Positions 34,321 through 47,621 of a stretch of 64,000 nt of DNA are shown here, piece by piece. The position numbers were made by a program, and so were the translations under genes. Within the stretch, counting starts at the first letter, position 1; every line of letters starts with the position of its first letter. The notes beneath the pieces were generated by a model that ran no database searches, had not been told where the DNA came from, and was given only the letters and a program-made list of their open reading frames with translations. The DNA comes from Ministeria vibrans ATCC 50519 (lineage: Eukaryota; Protista; Filasterea): assembly GCA_943704425.1 (NCBI GenBank), contig CALSCP010001725.1:1-64000 (forward strand). Direction: 5' to 3'.

Positions 34321-36306
34321 TTAGCTTAACCATATCACACTGGGAGCATTCTTGACTTGATTGTTAACGGTAAGTTTGCGCGAAAAAATTGGACTGTCAA
34401 AGGATTCGCTCAGGTGCAACGATTTAGAGTCGAGGTTCGCCTTTTCTTCTTCAGGCGGCTGGTAGGCAGGAAATCGAATGGTGTTGTACAGCATCGCTTC
34501 GATGGTGCTTGTTGCAACAAAGGCACACGTGCCAAGCTCGCCATACGAAAGCATGATTGTGTTGGGCGCGACCAACAGCACACCAGTACTGAACTCGGGC
34601 AGGTTGGATCTTCGCTGGTGGAAGCGGAAGAGACGCGATGCCGACAACAGTGACACCGTTGTGTTCTTAGCGGGGGTGTGCACAACACGCAACACGTAGA
34701 AAAAGTGCCAGTAGAATGCTACTGTGCGGTTCAGTTGCCACACCTTGAGATGCGCTGTGCCAAGGTAGAGACTTTCGTTCGTCGTAGCGTGTGTGCCATT
34801 CCCATTTGCGCCATGGGGCAGTAGTACGGTGACCATGTCACTTCCACCGCGCCACGCAGTTTCGTAGAGCGCCAGTCGAAGACACTCTGGCATGTCCAAG
34901 TGCCACAGAGGGTCTGCCGTAGCATTGATGTGCGCGGGTGCAATGGTGCATTCCGGCGTTAAGTCACTTGTCGGTCGACGCCCAAATGGTGGGTAGAGGT
35001 AGTCAAAGAGCGGTTCGCGATCGCCGAAATCGTTGCTGTGTTTGGCACTGGAGGACCAGTCAACGCAGTCTCGGACACTTTGAGGCGGGGCTGTGCCTGT
35101 TGAGCGCGTGAGTGCAGTGACGGGGCGCGTTTCCACAAGGCGCAGCGGAACCAGACGAGAGACACCCGCAGTCCCGATGGTGTGACGCCCACGAAGCGCA
35201 TGTAGACGTGATCGACGTGCCACATCAATATCACTGCCGTTGAGAGTAGTCGATCGGAGTGCAGTGAGCGGACACAAATGTCGAATAAAAATTAGGGAAG
35301 AATCGGCGTCGCCATGCGTGGAGGGCACAGGGAGCACCGCCCAGTTCTTCTCACGCTGAGACGGCAGGCGTTCGCGGAAAGGGTGGTAATGGTGATAATA
35401 TTGACTTGCATTATCATCAGGGTCCGACTGCTGAAAGCAAATGCGCTCGGCGACGTACGGCTGCTCATCTGGTTGAGGGGTCAAGATAAAATAACGCGGC
35501 TCAGCAAAGTTGACCCAGGCGCGCCACCTCAGCACCTTCCCCGTACTCGTCTCGCGCGCCATTGCGATGTGGAAAGGAACGAGCATTTCGCGTTCTTTCC
35601 CACACATACTTGTCGACACAAGATACAACTGGTTGCGCCACCAGAGCGGCCGGAGATCTTTTGTTTGTAAGCAATACGGCGACTCGATCACCAGGAAGGT
35701 GTGTCTCCCTCTCAGAAACGTCTCAAGGGTCTGATTGCGCTCGTGTGCATCCCTGTGGTAGAATCGATTCCATTGATGCTGATAAGGTCGAATCGCCGAA
35801 AATGGAACGTGATGGGGCACAAGAGAACCGCTGGTGGCATTGATGAGTGCCACTGCAATGTCATTTGGCCATCCATTTTCGCGCTTTTCAGAGTCAGGTT
35901 TCAATTTTGCAGATGACAGCCGAACGCGCCAAATCAATAACAAGAGATCACGAGCACCGGGGATTTTCATAAAAATTGGATTTAAGGGCTGTGCTGCAGG
36001 CGGTAGAGGGATTATTCGATCGCATTGTAGACGTTTCAGTCGCAGAAAAGGTGGCGCGTCTTCCAGCTTGTCACACCGCCTAGGCAAATCATTCAGAAGG
36101 GGTTGCTTGCTCATAATGACAGGCTCTAAGTGCTCTCGATGTGAAAGAATGTCGCGGGCGTCCCGGATCAGGACGTTTTCGGGAGTGAGAGCGATGAGTT
36201 TGACAGAAATTGACAGGATGAAAATCAACATCATTGACGTAGTCGCGAAGAGAATGCAAGACAGGCGACGAAAGCCAATTGAACGCCTTAATCGGACGCA
36301 TGGCAT
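34321..36306 (-). CDS. Type II membrane protein with putative 5-bladed beta-propeller carbohydrate-active domain (beta-mannosyltransferase/GH130-like), single exon
   Basis: Short basic N-terminus plus TM helix; motifs NPIF, KDLR, EKNW, RGGS, YLGTAH, EFSTG, LSYG; several N-glycosylation sequons. Confidence 0.55.
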   Translation of the reverse strand: MPCVRLRRSIGFRRLSCILFATTSMMLIFILSISVKLIALTPENVLIRDARDILSHREHLEPVIMSKQPLLNDLPRRCDKLEDAPPFLRLKRLQCDRIIPLPPAAQPLNPIFMKIPGARDLLLLIWRVRLSSAKLKPDSEKRENGWPNDIAVALINATSGSLVPHHVPFSAIRPYQHQWNRFYHRDAHERNQTLETFLRGRHTFLVIESPYCLQTKDLRPLWWRNQLYLVSTSMCGKEREMLVPFHIAMARETSTGKVLRWRAWVNFAEPRYFILTPQPDEQPYVAERICFQQSDPDDNASQYYHHYHPFRERLPSQREKNWAVLPVPSTHGDADSSLIFIRHLCPLTALRSTTLNGSDIDVARRSRLHALRGRHTIGTAGVSRLVPLRLVETRPVTALTRSTGTAPPQSVRDCVDWSSSAKHSNDFGDREPLFDYLYPPFGRRPTSDLTPECTIAPAHINATADPLWHLDMPECLRLALYETAWRGGSDMVTVLLPHGANGNGTHATTNESLYLGTAHLKVWQLNRTVAFYWHFFYVLRVVHTPAKNTTVSLLSASRLFRFHQRRSNLPEFSTGVLLVAPNTIMLSYGELGTCAFVATSTIEAMLYNTIRFPAYQPPEEEKANLDSKSLHLSESFDSPIFSRKLTVNNQVKNAPSVIWLS

Positions 36307-36372
36307 TGCACCAAAAGCAGATCACCGCCAGATCAGTGAAGAAAAGTGTGTGTGTGTGTGTGTGTGTGAAAG

Positions 36373-36384
36373 ATTGACGTCAAT
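36373..36384. promoter_or_regulatory. Palindromic CRE/bZIP-like site ATTGACGTCAAT in a bidirectional promoter
   Basis: Perfect 12-bp palindrome containing TGACGTCA between two divergent ATGs. Confidence 0.4.
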
Positions 36385-36469
36385 TCAGACGACAGAATAA
36401 TCGGTCACCTTTTTCAAAATTAATAATTAATCAAAATATTATTTTAATTCACACATACTTACCCAAAAC

Positions 36470-39400
36470 ATGGCTCTCACGGTACGTGCCACCACTACTT
36501 GCAATAGTATACAAAGTGCGCCAGTGCACTACGCGATCACCATACTCTAACGCAAATTAATTCAAAAAATAACGCGCAAAGTTCAAAATCCCCATTTTTT
36601 GCAGGAAAACATTGTCGACGTGTCTCCACTAGAACCGGCCAATGTTCTGCAGTGCCTCTTTGCGCGCTTTGACGCTGGTCACTGTTACACGCACGCTGGT
36701 CCCATGCTTGTGGCGATTAACCCGTTCGCTACGTCCAACGAGGCAACGGCAAACTTTCAAAATGATGCCGCCGCTTCGTACCAGCGCGCCGCAGCCAACG
36801 GCTTGCTTGCCAGTCTCCCTCCACACATATTTGCTGTAGCCGCTGCAGCAGCCAGTGCGGCGCTCCAAGGCGACCATCTCGACCAGTCTATCATCGTATC
36901 GGGCGAATCGGCAGCCGGCAAAACCTTTTCGACACGCCTCCTCCTCGCATACCTCACCACGGTCAGCTCCAGCACTGCCCGGCGCGACAGTCTCATTGCA
37001 CGCATTGAGGCATGCTCGCCTGTCCTCGAAGCATTCGGCAATGCGGCCACCACCATCAACCACAACAGTTCGCGCTTCGGCAAACTGATCCGCCTTGTCT
37101 TCGACTTGCACGGCTCCATTCAGTCGGCGTCCATCGACACCTACCTGCTCGAGCGTACGCGTATTACCAATACGCGCTCCGACGAACGCAACTTCCACAT
37201 CTTCTATCAGTTGATGGCAGGCGCCAGCGACACTGAGCGGGCTCAACTGCATCTCGAGCCCTCACGTCCCTTTGCCCTCCTTGGCAACTCATCTCGTCGC
37301 GGTGTCTGGGTGCCTACACCCGGAGATCCACTTATGACGGGAAAAGACGACAATGGACATTTGACAAGCGTGAATCTCGACGATCCCAACGCCCTGCTCT
37401 GGCACACTTATGGCGGTCAGTACGAGACGACGCGCAAAGCACTCGAATGTTTCGGCATCGACTGCGACAGTGTTGCCGCAGTGGTGGCCGCCATCTTACA
37501 CTTGGGTAACACCACTATTGTCAAGGGAGCGTCCCCTGCAACAGCTGCATCCAACAACGAAAACATCACCAACGACAACGAAGGCGAGGCTGCACGCAAC
37601 GCGGGCGCCTGTCTCACGGCAGCGAGTCGCGAGAGTGTCGTCTTTGCCGCCACTCTCCTCGGCCTTGATCCCGCAAAGCTCACCAGTAGCATCACCACAC
37701 GCGAGATGGTGGTTGCAGGCGAGCACGTGCTTATGCCTAGTCGCGTTACCGAGGCACAGACGACAGTCGACTCGCTGTGCACCCAGCTGTACGCATCACT
37801 CTTTGCCTATGTCGCCAGTGCCATTAACGGCACTCTCTCCGCCAGCGACCTCCCCTCGATGGCATCCCAATCATCCACTGTGGGTCTCCTTGACATCTTT
37901 GGCTTTGAGAACTTTGCCGTGAACACTCTCGAGCAACTCTGCATCAACTACGCCAACGAGAAACTCCAAGTATTAATACGTTTCTGAACAACTTAATAAT
38001 AATAATAATAAATTATTATTTATTATTTTACTTATTATTAATAAAATTTACTATTTCCCCTCTTTTAGTGTCTGTTTGTGGCGATGATGATTGAGCGGGA
38101 GCAGCAGGTGTACGAGGCGGAGGGCCTGGCCTGGCAGCACATTGCACACACGGACCGCGCGCGAGAGTGTCTCGCACTCATTGCAGGTCCGTCGGGAATC
38201 ATAGCATTGCTCCAGGAGGAGTGTCAGCTCGCACGCGACGCCGACGCAATGGCTGTCACACAGCGCATGCGTATGCAATTCAATGATAACCCTGCCTTTC
38301 CTTCTCTCCGCATTGCCACGACGGCCTTTGCCATTGCTCACTACGCACAAGAGTAAGCACCTCTACTGATATAATAATAATAATAATAATAATAGTAATA
38401 ATAGTAATAATAATTATTTTATTATTACATTCTTATCATTTTCTATGAATTCTTTTACGTTTTTCTATTTATTTCACATTATTATTATTATTATTCATTT
38501 TTATACTGCGTAGCGTTGTGTACGACAGCAGTCGAATGGCACAGGCAAACCGAGAGGCACGCGGTAGTGTCCTTGTACCGCTACTGCCGACCAGCACACT
38601 TTCCTTCGTCCGTTCTCTTGGCACGGTTACTACCGCCAATGATGACACAGTCACTGGCACTGGCACTTCTGCCCGTGCTGATGACGAGCGTCTCCAGCGC
38701 CAGCACCGCAGACTCATTGGCTCCCCCAAACGATCGTCGCGACGCCACAAGAAGCACGTTCCGACCGTGCTGACAGGGTTCAAGGTGAGTCCATCCAAAG
38801 CACTTGGTTAGGGGAGGGGTTGACGTGACGCTAATTCATAACTATTTTAGAACTCATTGGGAGAGCTCATGGGTGATCTCGAGAAGACGCAAGTGCACTT
38901 TATCCGGTGCATTCGGTCGAACAAACAAGCGCGAGGATGGACACTGGACCGAACGCTGGTTGGGGAGCAGGTGCGGGCGTGTGGGGTGCTAGAGGCGACA
39001 CAGGTGTGTGCTCAAGGGTATGCCAGCAAGCTGGGGCTGGAGGCTTTTGAGCAGCGCTATGGGGGACTGGTGGGAGGAATGAAGATGAAGGAAAAGGGTG
39101 AAGGGGGGGAGACCGAGATGAGAAGTGTGCGTGAGCGAGTGTGTGTGTTGGTGGAGAGACTCGGGGAGGATGCACTGGTGGGGCGCACTCGGGTGTTCTT
39201 GCGGGATGAGGCACGCCAGAGATTGGAGAGAATGCGGGTTGAACGATGGACGAGTGCTGCTGTGTGTGTGCAAGCGGTGTGGAAAGGGTGGATGGCACGG
39301 CGGAAGGTGGCACGGCGACGTTGGGCGCTGGTAGTGCTGCAGAGGCAATGGCGGAAGGTGCTGGTGAAGCGCAGGAGGAAGGAGGAAATGGAAGAGGCGC

Positions 39401-40020
39401 AGAGGAGGGCAGAGACAGAGCGACTGCGACAATTAATGATGAAAAAGAAGGAGAAGGAGGAGGAGGAGGAGGAGGCAAGGCGACGGGCAGAGAAAAAGAA
39501 AAAAGAGAAGAAGAGTATTGTTTTGGTGGAGACTATTGTACCCCCCTTGTCACCCAATGTGACCATTCGCTCACCACGACAGAGCAAACGAAGCCAGCCC
39601 ATTGGTAACAAATGAGAGTTGCCGTTGACGTGAAAGTGTTGAATTCGCTCATTAAATGTTGATGTCTTATTAGTGTTGTTTGACGAAGCGGCCGACACAA
39701 TGGCACAAGTGAACAGTGTGTGTGCTGCCGAGGTGACGGAGCAACGCCAACTGCATGTGCGGAGCGGCATTGTTAGTGTACGACACAGTGCACCTACTGG
39801 TCCCTTCCGCACTGCCCCTCCTCCACTACCCTACGCGGGTGTATCTCGAGCTGTACGTTTACTGTGTGTATATGTGTGTATGTTTGTGTTTTTTGTGTGT
39901 GGCATTGTGCTTTCGTATGTGTTTGTGTGTGTGGTGTGTTTGTTGTTGATAGTGTGTTGTTCTTTTTAGAATCAAGACAGTTCTTTGGCTGGTTTGCGTC
40001 TTCTGGCGTTTTGTTCATAA
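36470..40020 (+). CDS. Unconventional myosin with short tail, myosin XIX-like (7 exons)
   Basis: LVAINPF, P-loop GESAAGKT, NSSRFGK, ERNFHIFY, LDIFGFE, EQLCINYANEKLQ, HFIRCI, 2 IQ-like motifs. Confidence 0.9.
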
Positions 40021-40372
40021 AAATAAGAAGAAGAAGTATACTAATATATAGAATAAGAACAGTAATAATACAAATTAATACTATTTACACCAGAAAGTCT
40101 AACGTTCATTCTTCAGAGTATTTTTCCAACTTGGTCAAACTGAAACTATTGGATGTCTCACTTGCTCTCGACAGGAAGATTAGAGGTCAGATAAAAATTG
40201 ATGGATTTTGAATTGAAACCATCTTTGTTTGACAAGATGTTATCGCACATTTTGAGTAGAAGAAAAATGAGAACGGAGTCAATTAATTCTGATTAATATT
40301 TAGTGGTTCATTCATACCTCTGCACTCTGCAGTCGCCCGTCAGACTTTTTCTGTATTCAATTAGCACTTGAA

Positions 40373-41062
40373 ATGGCCCTGTCAATCGCAACCTGTATCG
40401 CGCCCGTCAACATCGCCGTGGTGAAATACTGGGGCAAATCCGAAGAGGGCGACATTCGTCTGATTCGCCCGATCAACTCGTCGCTCAGTGGAACTCTGGA
40501 CATGTCGATGCATTCCCGGACGACAGTCGCCGTTGGCTCTCAGCTGAGCTCCGATCGGCTCTGGCTCAACGGCAAAGAGGAAGACGTCGGATCGGATCGC
40601 GTGCAGAATTGCCTGAGAGGCGTCCGCCAATTGGCAGTCTCGCGCGGCGGACGCCCCGCCGAGCTCGCAAAGGTACTGCGCAAGACCACCCTGGTCTTGT
40701 TTGCACGGGTGCACGCCCCTGGACGACGCGTGTCGCTCGCAAGCGGTCTCTGCATGTGATTCTCAGAGGGATCTGACACTTTTGTTTCGTTGCAGTGCCA
40801 TCTCCATGTTGCAAGTGTAAACAACTTTCCCGTAAGTTTTCTTCTCATCCACTGGCACACCTACGCCGCGATCTGTGTACTCAATTGACGGATTATTCCC
40901 TGGCAGACGGCGGCGGGATTGGCGTCGTCGGCGGCAGGCTACGCTGCCCTTGTCTTTACATTGGCTCAGGCGCACGGCGTTGCCGATGACCCTTCTGCGC
41001 TCTCAGCCATTGCCCGCCAGGTAGGTTGGCGAGGAAGCGAGGAGAGGGAGATAGAAGCGACG

Positions 41063-41157
<95 letters not shown>

Positions 41158-42367
41158 CAAAATGATAGAGAGAGAGAGAGGCACAAAGTTGACAGCTCGG
41201 CTCAGCTCTCATTCATTCTTTTATTTCTTTCTCCAATGATAAATTTCATTGTGTAGGGAAGTGGCAGTGCTTGCAGATCACTCTACGGTGGATTTGTCAA
41301 GTGGAACAAGGGCACGCGACTGGACGGGCTTGACAGTGTTGCCGAGCAGGTGGTCAGCGAAGACCACTGGCCCGAAATGCAGGTGCTTGTGCTGGTCGTG
41401 AGTGACAAGAAGAAGACGACAAGTAGCACGGCTGGCATGCAAACTAGTGTGCGCACCAGCGAGCTCTTGAAGGTACACATACACACAGTACCTACGCATT
41501 GACACATGCGTATCTCTCTCCTTTCTCTTTCTCTCCGTCTTCTTCCTTTCTCCTCTCTCTAATGGTATAGTACCGTGCCGAGCACATTGTCGAGGGGCGC
41601 ATGGCGGAAATGGAAAAGGCGTTGCACGCACGCGACTTTGGCACATTTGCCAAAATCACAATGCAGGACAGCAACCAATTTCACGCGGTTCGCACAGAGA
41701 ATAAAATGGTTTTAGAGTGTGCTTATCGCCTGATGTAGATCTGTCTCGACACCTATCCGCCCATTTCGTACATGAACGATGTGTCGCGCGCCGTCATCAC
41801 CCTTATCACCCACTACAATGCCCAATTCTCCTCACCCAAGGTATCGACTTTCTCTCTCTCTCTATCACTTTGTTTCTCTCTCTCTGTGTGTCTCTATCAC
41901 TTCGTTTCTTTCCTCTCTCTCTCTCTCTCTGTCTCTCTCTTTCTCTATGTCTCTCTGTCTCTCTCTGTCTCTCTCTATCTCTTTCTTTCTCTTTCTCTAT
42001 ATTATGTATATATCGCTTAGTTTTTTTTTTCTAAATCTCCCTTACTTAGGCTGCGTATACGTTTGACGCTGGTCCCAACGCTGTCATCTATGCACTCAAG
42101 GACACCATGGCCGAGCTCATCCCGCTCGTTCACCACTTCTTCCCGTCTACAGATGATGCTCACGAGTACTACCACGGCAACCACTGCGTGTCCCTTGCTG
42201 CTGCCACCGCCACCAGCCCCCTCCAGGCGCCCCTTGAGGCTGCTCGCGTCGTCCCAGCCGAACCTGGCTCTCTTCGCTATATCCTACACACAGGCGTTGG
42301 CTGTGGTCCCAAGGTTGTCGACGATCCCGCAAAGTGTCTCCTGCGCGAAGACGGACAGCCCAAATAG
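40373..42367 (+). CDS. MVD: Diphosphomevalonate decarboxylase (7 exons)
   Basis: [61 protein letters not shown]. Confidence 0.97.
41062..41180. repeat. (GA)n tract with degenerate motif copies (MVD intron 3)
   Basis: Seen directly. Confidence 0.85.
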
Positions 42368-42436
42368 AAAGAAGAGGAGAAAGTACAAGAACAAGACGAA
42401 TAATTATCGTTTATAGTACACATAAGATGCTCATAA

Positions 42437-43412
42437 TTAGACCAGACTAAAGGAACGCGCCGTCTTGGGATACTGGTCGGGCGGGATGTGGATAGATTGC
42501 GACTGCGACAGGTCTACCACCACATCTCCACTGTGTGTGCGCGTCCGCTGTGGTGCCACACCTACTGCTCTGTCCTTGCCATCGTCCTCCTCCTCTTCGT
42601 CCTCTTCGCAAACCTCCATCAATGTCTTCGCGGGTTCTTCCAAGTGAAACGCGGGAGCCAGTGCCTCTTCAGACACCCATTTCATTTTTGGTTTGCTCTT
42701 GGACCTAAAAAAACAAACAAGTTTAATATTAAAAATAATACTAATAATAATAATAAATGTATTATGATTATTATTATCATTATTAATAATAATACTATTA
42801 ATATCACTGCTATTAAATTAAATATCATACTTGCGCTCCATCTGTCCTTGGTCCGTCTGAGTGCGTCTCACAGGCACATGTGACGCCACAGCCTGCTTCT
42901 TCTCCTTCTCGCGTCGCTTCTCTTCGGCATCGCGTGACGTCTTCATGATGGTCACAATGCGGTCAACAGGTAGCTCCCGCGGTCCACCCATCGCAACACG
43001 CGCTCTCTCGACGGCCGCATCTTCGCGATCAAGCAGTTCAGTGCTGCGCGAAATGTACCGATCAAGCAACTCGGCACTGTACGAGTACAGCTGCAGCAGC
43101 TGCGGTTGGTCCATTTCACCATACTCAATCAGCAACATGGGCATGTGGTTGTCCTCTTCGTCGTAGTCCCAGCTAATGTCGTCAAAATGAAACGCATGAA
43201 GCACGTCCTACAAAGCACGTGCAAGAACCCCTTAGCAGAGCGTTCCACTTCCCAGTGTTTCTCTTGACTTCTTACGTTGGTGGAACGTGACACAATCGTC
43301 AGCTGCTCTGCATTGATGTGCACTCGGCATTTCACAACAGGAGCCGACTAAACACAATCATACATTGTTGCTGTTATTCACGATGTAATCTCATAATAAA
43401 ATTATTATTATA

Positions 43413-43444
<32 letters not shown>

Positions 43445-46434
43445 ATTATTCTGTCGATTCAACGCGTTACCTGAAAGCGAGTGTCTTCCAAATACTCCAG
43501 CTCTGCAATGTACCGTGAAGATCCATAAAACGGAGACTGAGAAAAACACACGAAAAAAGGTAAGATGAATAATAATGCTCATTAGTGAATAACAATGAAA
43601 AATTTAATAATAATAATTATTATTCATTATTAATATTATAATTATAATAATAATAATAATAATTATTATTATTATTATAATATTATTGTTTTTGATTATA
43701 TTTGTGTTTCACCTGCCAGAGGTATTGAAGGTAGAGGAGCAAGAGAATGAGTGGGTCGCGCATCATGGAGAATTTGCTCTTGTGCATCTCGCAAATTTCA
43801 GTGTCCAAATCGCGAGGGGGCAGCGTGCGACCTTCAGCCGCGGCAAGGGTGGCGGCGCGCGAAGCAGCCACGTTCAAGTGGTGACGGGCCTTTTTGGAGA
43901 CGAGTCGTAGAGCCAAGGGCGAGCGGATCTTGGAGTAGATTTTGCCCGGCTGTCCGCTCTCAACGTTGATCACTTGCACGCGAATTGCACACAGGTAGAC
44001 GTAGTCGTCAAAGGAGAGCGGGTAGCGGTAGGTGCGCACATTGCGCTCCGCCTCAACGTACAACAGCGAGAGCACCATCGGATCGCGGTTGTGGCGCTCG
44101 TGGTGTTTTCTCACAAAGGGGCTGCGACGAAACATCAGAACAGGGCGACGCGGCTTAGTCTTGCCGGCATGCACTCCACAAATGTCCTTCCACTGCTGCT
44201 TGACGTAGTACGGTTGGAAATCGCCTTTCAGCGGAAGCTCTGCAAAAAAGATTATTATTATTATTATTAAATATTATCATTAATAAATTATGACGGTATA
44301 ATATAATAATCATTATTGTTATTATTTTATTAGTATTTTCTTACCCAGTTCTTTGCTGACCATCCAGAGGGTGAACATGGCTCGCCACTTACGAGGAATA
44401 CGATAGTAGGCGAAGATGTCTTTCAAGAGCATGTCGGTTGTTGTGTTGCGCCCATCTTCGTATCTCAGTTGAATAACATTGTCATCCATAGTAAACACCT
44501 TGAATGTAATAGGAATCTTGCATGTTTCTACAAAAACAATTATTATTATTATTTTTAATTATTATTATTAATAATTATTTATAATAATTATTTTTACCGA
44601 AATTCTCGTGCGATCGGAGAGCACCAACTCGGTCTGCCTCGGACTGGTCACTGAGCACGTCGGGTGGTCGTGCATTGGCGGCCAGTGTGGCAGCAGTAAG
44701 GGAGAGAGGAAGGGGCGCGGTGTCTGTGTCAGCAGCAAGCGCACGTTTATTGTGGGTGCGCTCGAGGGCTTCGCGGTTGAGGCGCGTGTAAGGCAGGTCG
44801 GAAGAGGTGCTCTCATTGCGCCCACGATAATCGCGCATTATGTCAACGCTGCTGTGATCATCGTCGCCTGCACTGTCCTCAAGGAAGTGGTCAAAGATTT
44901 CGCCCCACGATTGCTGTTTGGAGATGGTGCCCTCACTAGGCTGCGACACGATCTTGTCGATGGCGGCATGTGAGCCCTTGAGCGCGCTACGAAGGGGCGC
45001 GGCCGTTGGTGGCGCAGGTGTGCTCATGGCCATGGCACCCTCCTCAAGGAGGTCAATGTCCCGTGAGGCAAAGCCAACCAATGGCTTTAGGGGCGACGAG
45101 AAGGAGCGCGTCGCCTTGAGCTTGGCACTGCTTGTGTTGTCCGTGAGAGATAGTGACGAGTCGTCGCGCGTCACTTGTGGTCTCGCCGTCTCTGCAAAGC
45201 CAATCTTCTTCTTCTTGCCCGGATTCGAGACGGATCGGCGGGCAGGCGACCGCATTGGCGCCGACACGTCGGTGCTGGCAAAGGCAAGCATTTGCGAGAT
45301 TTCCCGCAACTTCCGTCGCGTCGCAGTGAGATCCCCTTGCGCTGGAGACCCAATGGGGGTCTCCGCGTCGTTGTCGTTGTCTGCACCCTTGCGCGTCTCG
45401 GGTGGTGACATACTCAGGGTGCGCCGTGCAACGGCTGCTGCGGCTGCGGCCAAACCTGGAGGCGTCTTCTTCTGAGGGTTCGTTTCAGTGGCTGCAGCGG
45501 ATGTGGCGACGTCGCCTTCTTCAGCAATGGATGCAACCAGACGCAACGAGGCAATCGCCTTTGAGGCAGTGGCACTTGCCTCGTCATCTTCCGACGTCTC
45601 GTACATGTCTTCGCTGTCCAGTCGATTCCGTTGGCCATTTGGAGCGTGTACAAGCGGACTAAAGTGGGGACGTGCGGTTGGCTCGGCGGTGTGCGTTGGG
45701 TGAGGCGAGCCCGACACGTCGTGAGAAGTAGCAGTACCCTTCAAGTGCGCGCTGCCAAGGTCGGTGCGCACTGAGCCAGTGATGACGGGCGCCTGCATTG
45801 GTGCCGTTGAGCTCCGTTGCGATGGTGTCGATGCGGCTGTCGACAGAGTCTCGGTGGAGAGCGCTCTGCTGGATGTTCTCGAAGCCGGCTTCTTGTCCCT
45901 GCGCAACGTCAGAGGCTCCGAACTACCGTCAGTTTCCTCAAACAGATACTTGGGATCGTCCTCTGCAGCAATAGAAGAAATGAAATGTACCGTGAGATAC
46001 GTGTAAGGAGAGGGGGGGAGACGCGCCGGTGATGGAGTATCACGTCAACAGAGGGGGTCGGTGAGAATGGTGAGAATTTGGTTTGGAATGTTGAGTTCGT
46101 GCCAGCGACACAAATGCGCGACAGGAGAAGAAGGGAAGGAGGAAAGGGCCTGGGACGCGCCCACGTCCCTTAGTACAGGAACACGGCGTCCAAGTGGAGC
46201 AGAGAAAGGGAGTTTTTCCCCAACAGTGACTCTGAATATGTGACAAGTGTGTGTGTGGTTTTTTTTTTGTGAAAGTGCAGAGCTCGCGACGAGTTCGAAT
46301 GAACCAGCCACAGAGCCGGAAGAGTCTCGTCTATGCGTGATTTTGATTGAAGGTGCTTGCATGTACGCAATAAGCAAGGTGGTCTGCGTGTTTCTGGTCT
46401 ATGGTCGATAACACGAACGCACTGGCAAACTTCA

Positions 46435-46480
<46 letters not shown>

Positions 46481-46627
46481 NNNNNNNNNNCGATTGTTCA
46501 CGTGTGCTCGCCCAAGCAACAACCACTCACCGTCCAACCCACTTCTTCGTCGTCACTGTGTGTTTTGCATTGTCCTACCCGAGTCCTCAAACTCGATGCG
46601 GCGTTGAAGCCCATCGAAGTGATCCAT
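42437..46627 (-). CDS. FRMD8: FERM-domain protein, FRMD8/iTAP-like, with long disordered N-terminus; 5' end uncertain
   Basis: FTLWMVSKELELPLK..QPY..QQW, PVLMFRR, LLYVEAERNV..RYP, PFYG, ISWD, LLQLYSYSAELL match the FRMD8 FERM layout. Confidence 0.75.
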
Positions 46628-46730
46628 TGCGAGGAACACACAGTCAAGAAATTTGTAATATTTTTTTTGGGTATTTTGGGAAAACAGAAGTTCGAAAGAC
46701 TGTTTTGGGAACAAATTGAAAATAGTTCTC

Positions 46731-47527
46731 TCATTCATTGCCCACATCCCCTTCGGTCTGGTAGTGCATGGTACGCAAGTCAAGCAGCGCAACACGGGCA
46801 CGCTCCAGCTGCGACTCCAGCTCAAGCACCTTGACATGCATCTCCATTTCCATCCGCTTCGCCTGATGCGCCGACAGCTTCTTGTTGTCCACCAAAGGTT
46901 TGTTCTCATTGGCAACCTATCAAAGTAATTATAATGATTATAATTCCTCTTTTGCTTTGCGTCTTTGATCTCGTACGCGATGACTTGCGTTCTGAGCGGC
47001 TGCCACAAGGTCCTTGGTGGCCGCCGTCACGTCCTTGCTTGCCGTCATGAGCTGTGGCTGACGCTCGCTGTTCGGGATGCTCTGCACAACACAGCATGTA
47101 ATTACCGCGCGACTACTAATACTATCAAGATCGCCATACCTTGACCTTGGACGCAGCGACAAGCTGAGCAGTCGACGCGGAGATCTCCTTGGACGCCACA
47201 ATAATCTCTTCAAACTTGAAATCGTCCTGCGTCACACACGCATCCGCAGACTGCACGAGCAGGCTCGCACCGAACCCAACAGCCTAAATTACAAAGAGCA
47301 ACAACACAACCAAAAACAGAAAATAGATTGTTGTTAGGCATTCTTTTTGATTGTTATTTTGTTACCTTTGCGGCGGAAAGAAGACCCTCCGTCCAACGGC
47401 TGTTCTTCTTGTAAAACTCGCTCGAGGACGCATTGCCTTGACCATTCTCCACAATTTCATCCTGCACAGCGCGCGCCCGGGCCACTAGCACGCGAATGCG
47501 GTCCATCAGGGTAGATGCCGCACCTGC

Positions 47528-47621
<94 letters not shown>

